Source of the DNA: Flexithrix dorotheae DSM 6795
GTDB taxonomy: Bacteria > Bacteroidota > Bacteroidia > Cytophagales > Flammeovirgaceae
Length of the DNA stretch: 64,000 nt
Assembly: GCF_000379765.1 (NCBI RefSeq)
Contig: NZ_KB903448.1
Coordinates: 14,027 to 78,026 of the forward strand
Direction: 5' to 3'
Shown: one piece after another, positions 20,279 to 28,600 of the stretch
How the letters are laid out: each line of letters opens with the position of its first letter
How positions within the stretch are numbered: the first letter of the stretch is position 1
Program-made: the position numbers and the translations under genes
The notes under the pieces: model-generated
The model's input: the letters and a program-made list of their open reading frames with translations, nothing else
Databases searched by the model: none
Told to the model about the DNA's origin: nothing

Positions 20279-20299
20279 CAGACGCAATTCAATTGCTCC
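20279..20299. repeat. 21-bp repeat cagacgcaattcaattgctcc, copy 1 (contains GCAATT-c-AATTGC palindrome)
   Basis: 20 of 21 positions identical to the copy at 24361-24381. Confidence 0.6.
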
Positions 20300-20394
20300 A
20301 AAGCACATTATTCGAGGACTTTCCCACAGGTGACGATCGTACCCTAATTCAGTCCAAAGGAAGTTGAAGACTTATAAAGTTGAAAAATAATCAT

Positions 20395-21063
20395 TTAATT
20401 CTTCTTCGCTAACCACTCTGAAATAATAGTTTTTATCCCATATTCCGGGCTGGTAAGCACTTCTTTTTTGAGATGTGTTAAATAACTTTTGGCACCCTGC
20501 ATGGAAGCCTGGGCTAAGAAAAACACTTCCACTTCATCTTCTACTTCCTGAATCTTATGGGCTATTTCCTTTTCATATAATTCAAATTCGCCTTCTTCAA
20601 AAAAGGGCCAAAACGCTGAACAATCGTAGTTCACTAAATCAATGCTCTTCCCCTGAATTTTTGCCCTGTTCAATAGCAATCGGTTACTGGTATCCTGGGT
20701 GGATTTAGCGGTAAAAACTACTCCAATCTTCGAAAAGTTAGCAACAATATAATCGGCAATGGGTAAATCGATTCTTTCCACGCCTTCGGTCTCTTCGCTC
20801 AATTCACCATAAGTAGAGCAGGTACAAATGATTAAATCCGGTCCGGCCTTTTTAATTTCCGCCACTTCTCTTTGGAAATTATCTTCATCCAGTTTCCCGC
20901 TTTTTAAAGCCCGATCCAATATTTCACTATTTACGAAATGCCGAATATCCAATCCTTCAAAGTGCTTTTTGATGATTTTTTCAAATCTTTCTACATGAAC
21001 CTCTCCGGTATGTAATAAGGCTATCATTTTGTTTGTCTTTTTGTATTTGTATAAGTTAATCAT
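20395..21063 (-). CDS. Asp/Glu/hydantoin racemase-family protein (arylmalonate decarboxylase-like)
   Basis: IALLHTGEV... and LIICTCSTYG resemble the two-Cys racemase family layout. The true start may be the internal Met at 21027. Weak call. Confidence 0.4.
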   Translation of the reverse strand: MINLYKYKKTNKMIALLHTGEVHVERFEKIIKKHFEGLDIRHFVNSEILDRALKSGKLDEDNFQREVAEIKKAGPDLIICTCSTYGELSEETEGVERIDLPIADYIVANFSKIGVVFTAKSTQDTSNRLLLNRAKIQGKSIDLVNYDCSAFWPFFEEGEFELYEKEIAHKIQEVEDEVEVFFLAQASMQGAKSYLTHLKKEVLTSPEYGIKTIISEWLAKKN

Positions 21064-21548
21064 TTTATACGGTAATCATGAAACCCAGCCCTTTTCCAGT
21101 CATTTCCTTCCTTTACCCAGATATTGGTTACCCTGAATTCTTGCTCCTTTTCCGTTCCGGAATTATTACTGATAAAGGAAATTCTGGTACTTACAATTGC
21201 CATATCATCATACATTTCAATTTCCGTCTCTGTCATTTGATAATTTTCAATCTTTAATTCCCCACTTTCAAGCGAACGCTTTCTTTTCTTCAAATAATTG
21301 AGCCAGGTTTCTTTTCGAATGGGTTTGGAATTGCCATTGGTATGCAGATAATTCTCCGTTACCATTTGCTCCAATTTTTCTAAATCTGCCGTATTAAAAG
21401 CCTGGTTAAATTCATTTATTTTTTGTGTGAGTATTTCAATTTCCTTGTCCAAAGAAGTAGTAGTGTTTTTCTTTTCAAAGGAACAACTCTGGGAAATAAC
21501 CAGTAAAACAACTATACATAAACACTTCATCATCAGGCCATTAATCAT
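21060..21548 (-). CDS. DUF4440/NTF2-like (SnoaL-like) secreted protein
   Basis: Signal peptide, and an NTF2-like fold signature (...YLHTNGNS...NIWVKEGNDWK). Confidence 0.5.
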   Translation of the reverse strand: MINGLMMKCLCIVVLLVISQSCSFEKKNTTTSLDKEIEILTQKINEFNQAFNTADLEKLEQMVTENYLHTNGNSKPIRKETWLNYLKKRKRSLESGELKIENYQMTETEIEMYDDMAIVSTRISFISNNSGTEKEQEFRVTNIWVKEGNDWKRAGFHDYRIK

Positions 21549-21574
21549 TTCAATTACATAAGAGAATTACCAGG

Positions 21575-22390
21575 CTATTCCAGTTTAATTTTCCTCTTTT
21601 TCCCTTTTCCAAATGCCTTTCGCATATCAATTTTAGTCACCCTGGAATTATCCAGTTTATAAGCCAGTATAAATTCCATATTCGTCACATCTATAAAAGA
21701 GGAATATAAAGTCCCTCCTATTTTACCATTCTCTTCAGGTTTTGGAATTTGGGCAGCAGGCCCCAACACATTACTTACTTTTAGAAAAGAAGGAGGAGTT
21801 TCATTACTTTTTAAGGCATCGACCTGCTTTTCAATGGCAGCATATCGATAGCAGGGGTAATTACCTCTGGTAGTATCTGATAATAGAAAATTAGTCATTA
21901 CCAGATGATTTTCATTTATCCAAACCAGTTTCCTTTCCTTATCCACCCATTCCACCACTACTGCATTTCCCTGCGCATCTCCGAACATGACATGTGCATT
22001 TTTCAGGGCAATTTTTCCCTTTTCTAAAAAAATCAGGGCTTCTTCCACAGTCGAACAACTGGCTAATATTCTGTCTCCCAAATTGCCCTTTGGTGAGTGA
22101 TATCCCTCAGGTATTTCCTGTTCCGGAGTTACTGCACCATCGAAAAACAAGCCGTGCTCATTAATTCCTCCCTGAGCAAAATTATCCCAGCCATACCAAA
22201 GCCTGGCATGTTCGTGATTGGTTTTGGGCATGAGCTGGATATAAGCTTTGGTATCGTACCAAAAATCTTCATTATTGGCAATGTATATGTTTCCGGTTTG
22301 CGGATCAATATAATAGACCACCGAACAGGCACTGGTCTTCAAATTACCCAAAAGCAGGAAAAAAAGGGAAATAGCAAGTAGCGTTTTCAT
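21575..22390 (-). CDS. Ntn-hydrolase (choloylglycine hydrolase / peptidase C59-C45-like linear amide hydrolase), secreted
   Basis: The signal peptide ends ...SACSVVYY, so the nucleophile Cys is the first residue after cleavage. Size and pattern match the CBAH/acyl-transferase family. Confidence 0.5.
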   Translation of the reverse strand: MKTLLAISLFFLLLGNLKTSACSVVYYIDPQTGNIYIANNEDFWYDTKAYIQLMPKTNHEHARLWYGWDNFAQGGINEHGLFFDGAVTPEQEIPEGYHSPKGNLGDRILASCSTVEEALIFLEKGKIALKNAHVMFGDAQGNAVVVEWVDKERKLVWINENHLVMTNFLLSDTTRGNYPCYRYAAIEKQVDALKSNETPPSFLKVSNVLGPAAQIPKPEENGKIGGTLYSSFIDVTNMEFILAYKLDNSRVTKIDMRKAFGKGKKRKIKLE

Positions 22391-22405
22391 AAAAAATTCA
22401 AATGG

Positions 22406-23308
22406 TTAGTTCAAATAATCTTCTACATTTTGAATCACCTTTTGAGATAATCTGAAATAAGCCTGGTCTGTCATTCCCGATACTTTGTCACTTAAAATCA
22501 CCCGATCCAGTTGTTTATAATCATCTATAAAACCAGCAGCACCATCGGCATCCAGAATAGTATAATGATCTCCTTCGGTCATCCATTCTTTAAATGCCTC
22601 CATATCATAGGTTGGACCGATGGAAGTATTAATTAATACTGAATTGGGTTTTATTTTATCAAATTCGGCATGACCAAGAATTTTGGTATTTCTGGGCAGA
22701 TGAGTAGTAATGACATCCACTTTAGAGAGTAATTCGGGTAAGGGCAAATATTTTAAATCCGCAGATTCAAATTCAGGCTTTCTGGTTCGGCTGTAATAAT
22801 TCACCTTCATACCAAAAGCCAAAGCCACCTGAGCTACCATTTTTCCTAATGTTCCAAAACCAATAATACCCAGCTGTTTTCCTTTGAGTTCTGTCTGTTG
22901 GGATTTCCACTGCCATTTTCCCAACCCTTTAGCCAAAGCAATCAATTGGGAAAAGACAAATTCCACTACACCTTCATCACCATAATCCCTGACCCCACGA
23001 ACAGTTATTCCTAAAGACTCCGCAGCCAAAACATCCACATTAGCAGATTTTTTATCAATCAGACTACAACACATGCCAATGTATTTCAGGTTTTTGGACT
23101 TCTGAATAACCTCTGCAGAAACTTTTGTTTTCCAACTTACAAACAAACCATCCGCGTCCCCAATTCTTTCGAGAAGTTCCGTTTCAGTTTGAGGATAGTC
23201 TTCATAGATTTGGATCTCTGATTTAGAAAAATCACTAAGCCTTTGAATAGCCCATTGCTCCAAATTTGTTTTATCCACACAAACTAGTTTTTGAAATGGT
23301 TTGGACAT
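22406..23308 (-). CDS. D-isomer-specific 2-hydroxyacid dehydrogenase (NAD-binding)
   Basis: GIIGFGTLGKMVAQ Rossmann motif, plus the catalytic R/E/H layout (RNTK...TTHLP). Confidence 0.8.
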   Translation of the reverse strand: MSKPFQKLVCVDKTNLEQWAIQRLSDFSKSEIQIYEDYPQTETELLERIGDADGLFVSWKTKVSAEVIQKSKNLKYIGMCCSLIDKKSANVDVLAAESLGITVRGVRDYGDEGVVEFVFSQLIALAKGLGKWQWKSQQTELKGKQLGIIGFGTLGKMVAQVALAFGMKVNYYSRTRKPEFESADLKYLPLPELLSKVDVITTHLPRNTKILGHAEFDKIKPNSVLINTSIGPTYDMEAFKEWMTEGDHYTILDADGAAGFIDDYKQLDRVILSDKVSGMTDQAYFRLSQKVIQNVEDYLN

Positions 23309-23591
23309 GAAATTGACGAGTCAGTTAATTAAAAAATGGATTTCATGGCAAATATAAAAACGAAGTTGAAGTGATATAAACTTTTTGTTTTAAAGCAAAA
23401 ATTGTCACCGTGCGACTGCCGGATTAAGGTTCTAAGGAAGTAGAAAAATTTGGACTGCGCCAACACTTGGTAGCAGCGCTACCGATGTACCGGACCATAC
23501 TAAATTTTTATGCGAACTGAGGTTCTTGAACCGGGCAAACGCTATATGGTGATTTGCAGCCTAAAGAAATAAGTTTGAACCACTTCTTTTT

Positions 23592-23969
23592 CTAACAATC
23601 AAAATCCTCCCCTTTCTTCACCATCTCCATAGTTTTTTCAATAAATTCCCCAATTCTGGTTTCCGCAATTTTATTTGATTTTTTAAAGCGGATACAGCCC
23701 TTTCCCATATCCAGTCCTTCCAGCAAATCGCCATTCTTATCTATTTTGTGAATATCCCCCACATAAAATCCAACGAAATGCTTTTGGGCATTGAGATGGA
23801 AAACAGACTTGTCATTTTCCTTGTAAGCCAGCATTTTATACTCAATACATTCATTCAGGTCTGGCGCCCTGGAAATAATCGTATCCCGAATGGACAAAAG
23901 GGTTTCCTTCCTCCAATCATCTTCAAGTATTTCAAAATACTCTGCAGGTGTATTTACTTCGTATTGCAT
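23592..23969 (-). CDS. Hypothetical protein (possibly DUF1801/YdhG-like)
   Basis: 125 aa soluble ORF. Family assignment is from memory only. Confidence 0.35.
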   Translation of the reverse strand: MQYEVNTPAEYFEILEDDWRKETLLSIRDTIISRAPDLNECIEYKMLAYKENDKSVFHLNAQKHFVGFYVGDIHKIDKNGDLLEGLDMGKGCIRFKKSNKIAETRIGEFIEKTMEMVKKGEDFDC

Positions 23970-23987
23970 CTGATTTATGTTTTGATT

Positions 23988-24197
23988 TTATTTTCCCCCA
24001 GTTGAATCCTTTTTATTCAAATTTCCCATGAACAATCCAAGCCCTACCCCAAGAGCTGCTCCCAGCGCCACTCCAATCGCAATATTTCCCATAGCCACAC
24101 CCAGAGCTGTTCCGATACCCGCTCCAAGAGCGATTCCAACTCCTAAATAATTTTGTTGTTTCATCATTGATAAATTTAGTGAAAAATTAGTTAGCAA
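23988..24197 (-). CDS. Glycine-zipper small membrane protein
   Basis: GxxxGxxxG repeats: GVGIALGAGIGTALGVAMGNIAIGVALGAALGVGLGLFMGN. Confidence 0.5.
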   Translation of the reverse strand: MLTNFSLNLSMMKQQNYLGVGIALGAGIGTALGVAMGNIAIGVALGAALGVGLGLFMGNLNKKDSTGGK

Positions 24198-24360
24198 TCT
24201 ATTAGTATTGTGAATACAGGTTTTATTTCAATCTCTGCCTTTTTTTTAGAAAAATCAGCTAGGTCAGGATGAGAAGAGAGAAAAAACACTTTCCAGGAAA
24301 TATTCGGATTGGTCCCATTTTTATTTCGATTGAAACTAATTTGGCATTTGAAATGCCCTG

Positions 24361-24381
24361 CAAAATTACAGACGCAATTCA
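24361..24381. repeat. 21-bp repeat cagacgcaattcagttgctcc, copy 2
   Basis: 20 of 21 positions identical to 20279-20299. The two copies bracket a ~4-kb six-gene block. Confidence 0.6.
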
Positions 24382-24500
24382 GTTGCTCCCGAGCCAGCTT
24401 GAGGTTGAGAATACCAATTTCCACTCTAAGTTCATGGCCTTTTGTGGTACAACAGATATTCTTTATCTTTCAATAAAATTCAAAAAGCTTTAATCTAAAT

Positions 24501-25103
24501 ATGAAAATATTCAACAAAATTAAATGGGTTGCCGGTATCTTACTGATTTTTGTCATTGTGCTCACCACCAATTTGATAGATAAAGATAATTTTAGCAGGT
24601 TAAGAAATTCGATTGTAACCATTTATGAAGACCGAATAATTGCCTATGATTTAATATTTGAAATTTCTGTTTTAATTCAGGAAAAGGAACTTGCTGTAGC
24701 CATGTCAGATTCCAGTTTTTTCAATAAAAACAATACAAAAACTAACCAAAGTATACAAAGTTTAATAGATCGGTATGAACAAACCAAACTCACAAAAGAG
24801 GAAGGATTTACCTTCGATAGATTGAAAAAGAACTTACAGATCTTAAAAGGCTTAGAAACCGCTTATGTGGAATCCGGCTACAGCAATAAGGAAAATTTAT
24901 TAAAAACCATAGATGACATCGTGCATAATCTGTATGATTTATCCAAAGTACAGCTCAAAGAGGGGAAAAGACAAATGTCCCTCAGTCAAAAAACCATGGA
25001 CTCCATTGATTTATTCACCAGGGTAGAAATAATTTTTCTAGTATTAATGGCTGTGCTGATTCAAATAATGGTTTTGTATAATCCTAATAAGGAAAAGGAA
25101 TAG
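24501..25103 (+). CDS. Hypothetical bitopic membrane protein (four-helix-bundle sensor-like)
   Basis: N-terminal TM, about 150 aa of helical periplasmic region, and a C-terminal TM. Confidence 0.4.
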   Translation: MKIFNKIKWVAGILLIFVIVLTTNLIDKDNFSRLRNSIVTIYEDRIIAYDLIFEISVLIQEKELAVAMSDSSFFNKNNTKTNQSIQSLIDRYEQTKLTKEEGFTFDRLKKNLQILKGLETAYVESGYSNKENLLKTIDDIVHNLYDLSKVQLKEGKRQMSLSQKTMDSIDLFTRVEIIFLVLMAVLIQIMVLYNPNKEKE

Positions 25104-25325
25104 AAGCAAATCGAAATTCAAAAAGCTCTTTATGAAAGATTCTGGCGTAAGTTTGCTACTCGCAATGGTTAGTGTTGTACCTTATTAATTGTTCAAGAGG
25201 AAACTATAGAAGTTTTTAACTTCGGTGAATTTTGGTACTATCCACTTTAAAATCCCAATATAAAACCGGATTGAAAATCCTATGATAGAGGTCCGCCATT
25301 GTAAATGACAAAAAGTAGAAAATGA

Positions 25326-25637
25326 CTATACTCGATCTACAAAATCAATCCTCCCTGAAATAGTGCTATTACTAAACTCTTCTGAAATCATAAATTCAAT
25401 TTTCTTTTCTTCAGTAAAATCCTCCACACTAAATACTACAAGTTGTTCCCTTACAAAACTCAAATTTTGAGGATATGTAATAATATAGACATACTTCTTT
25501 TTTAAATTATATATAAGGCAAACTTCATCATTAATTGGAAGAAGTCTGTTTCTAATAATTTCTATTTCTTCCTCAACTTTGACCTTAACCATGTTCCTAT
25601 ATTTTAAATTAAAAATCCAACAATAGTAGTTCGCCAT
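25326..25637 (-). CDS. Small hypothetical protein immediately downstream of the giant ATPase
   Basis: 103-aa ORF. The likely true start is the internal Met, giving about 88 aa. It is flanked by 16-bp direct repeats. Confidence 0.3.
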   Translation of the reverse strand: MANYYCWIFNLKYRNMVKVKVEEEIEIIRNRLLPINDEVCLIYNLKKKYVYIITYPQNLSFVREQLVVFSVEDFTEEKKIEFMISEEFSNSTISGRIDFVDRV

Positions 25638-25669
25638 TGCAAATGACGAACAGCATTTTTAATATCCAA

Positions 25670-28600
25670 CTACTCCCCACCCCCATTCTTCCTTTGCTTT
25701 GCAGCTTGTTCCAATACATTTTTAATGCCTTCTAAGCCATCGGTGAAGCTGGTCATTTGCATGAGTACCTGGGTCATTTGGTCCTGATTGCCCATGCCTT
25801 TGAAACGCTGGTTTTTCTGGAATTTGGTTTTGATTTCCACCCACCTCTTGGCTTCTTCTTCTCCTAATTTCCCTACCAGTTCTTTAAACTTCAACAGGTT
25901 GGCTTCTGCTCCGGAAGTCAGGGTTTGGGATTCGTTTTCGTAATGACTCAAGAGCAAGGTTTCCAATTCTTTGTCATTCATTACCGAAAATATTTTTTCT
26001 GCCAGTTTATTCATATTCCTGTAAGAACCCTGCAATTTGAAAGCCGGTTCTGTTCTGAAATCATCCTCCTGAGCGGCTGAATCAATATATTGCAAATTCA
26101 CTTTCAGGATGACTTCCTGCACGATGAGCAGCTTTTTCATCACGGAAACATATTCATTCAGCTCTTCAGCAGAAATATTGGATTCGAAGGAAATTCCTTC
26201 CCGATTATCCGTTTTCGCCAACCTGATAATGGTATAAATATCCTTTTTACTTTTACCAGTCAGTTTGCTTAATACGGAATTGGAAGTAAGGGAATTTTCT
26301 ATGTAACTCAATTTGAAAGCTTCATCCGAACCGCCAATAATATCTCCCAGATTATAAGTATCCGCCCTGTTGGCTAACATATCGGGTATCTGGAATTTTT
26401 CCCCACTTTCGGTATAAGGATTACCCGCCATCACCACACAAACCTTTTTTCCCCGCATGTCATAAGTCCTGGTGACACCTTTGTAAACTCCTTCTATTTT
26501 CCTTTGCCCATCACAAAGGGAGATGAATTTCTGTAAAAACTCGGGATTACAGTGCTGAATATCATCCAGGTAAATCATCACATTATCTCCCATTTCAAAA
26601 GCCAGATTCAGTTTTTTCAATTCCTCTCTTGAAGTGGCATTCTTCGCTTCTCCCGGATCGATGGAAGTCACCTGATGCCCAATGGCCGGCCCGTTTATTT
26701 TCATAAAAATCACTCCCAGCCTGTTGGCGATATATTCCATTAAAGTGGTTTTACCATATCCCGGAGGAGAAACCAATAGCAACATTCCCATCAGGTCAGT
26801 TCTTTTCTGGTCACCCACTACCCCAATCTGTTTGGCCAGGTTATCCCCAATTAAAGGCAGATAAACTTCATCAATCAGCCTGTTTCGCACGAATGAAGTC
26901 AGCACTCGTGGCTTAAATTCATCCAGCCTGATCTGGCTTTTAAACTCCGCAGTAAGCGATTTTTTCAAGGCTTCAAATTGCTGAAATTTAGGTACTGCAT
27001 GTTTTTCAAAATCAGTCAGTTTCCTTTCAAATTGATTATAATCCAGCAAATACTCCCCTTTTTCAATCACGGAATGATCTCCGGCAAGTTTGCTCAATTT
27101 CCGGGTAGAAGCCACTTCCACCACCAGTTTCGGCTGGAAACTTCCACTGTACAATAAACCGGCAACTTCATCAATAAACTTCTCAGCTCCAATCACTCCC
27201 AAATCTGTAGCAGCATTTTTCAGATACGCTTTTATCCAGTTTTTAATCAACTGAAATCGCTCTATGGGCGCTTCTTCCAGTTCTTTTAAGGATTGTTCAT
27301 ATGCCTTAACTACCTTCTGTCTTTTGATAAAATCATGGAATCCATGCCAAATATCAGCCGCTTCCTTACTGATGACAAATTCATCGTTATGACAAAGTTC
27401 GAAGAAAAGATATTCGGCTGCTGAGGATATTAGTTCGGTATCAAAAAGCTCAGTTGGGGAAATTTTTGTTTCCATATCCTCCATCAAATCCTCCAGCACT
27501 TCCTGATATTCCCGGCTATCGGGGAACACTTTTAGGATGATACCGATACCTTTTATCTGATGCCCCAAAATATTTTTCTTTTCTGCCGCAGCCAGATGGT
27601 GCCAGTAAAAAGCCGCACAAGCTCTTGAATTGGTATCATATCGCAACAAACCCATTTGCTGATGGAGATCCAGCAAATCCCAAAGGATTAAGGCCGTGTC
27701 CTGATCATGAAGCCCTTTTACATAGCCCTCATGATACCGGGGAGCCATGTATTTCTGTACAAATTCAAGAAATTCTTTTTTGGGCAAATCCTTCAGATTG
27801 GCTTCAAGATCACCTTTGATAAAATCCTTTAAAATTTGCCAGGCTAAATATTCAGCCCGGTAAACGTCCTTATTTTCGGAAATAAGACTTTGATTCCACA
27901 CACTTTTGGTAGCCAAAAATGCTTCATTTTCCACTTTCTCAAAGAAATTTGTTCCTGCCAGATGGTAAAACATTTCCCCGTTTTTGGGTACAATCGACAA
28001 ATCAAATTCCTGCACATTTACAGAAAATTTATGTCTCCCAAATTTGATTACATTTTCGCCATCTACAAAAAGCTCATTTTTATCTTTTAATTGCCTGATG
28101 CTGTCCTCCTTGAGGGTTTTCAGCCGACTCTGAATATCATCAGATTTCACGGCATCGTCCAAATCGGTTAATTGCTTAATGATCTCTCTCACTTTTTCGA
28201 TCATTAAATCAGAAGCGAAATAGCCATTAATTTCATTAAGTGTGGGCAATGTTCCCACTTTGCTTTTCACCCCTTTCAGAATTCGCTCGGCAGCACTCAT
28301 CAGGGCATTGGCCTTTTTATTTCTGGCCTCAATCAGATTGAGCTTTTTGGCTTCAAAAGCATTGTAAATTTCACTTCGCTTTTCGGTAAGCTCTACAATA
28401 AATTCATCGAAATCGGCAAATTTCCCTTCCAGTTCTTCCACTTTCACCATGAGCTTGGTGAGGTATTCTTCACATTTTTCAGGGGTATCACTCACCTCAA
28501 TATAATTCACCACCGCCTGATTCATCAGTTTGAGCTGGGCATTGAATTCGGCTACTGCTTCCGTGCTGAGTAATTCTTTTCTCTTATTTCTGAGTTGCGC

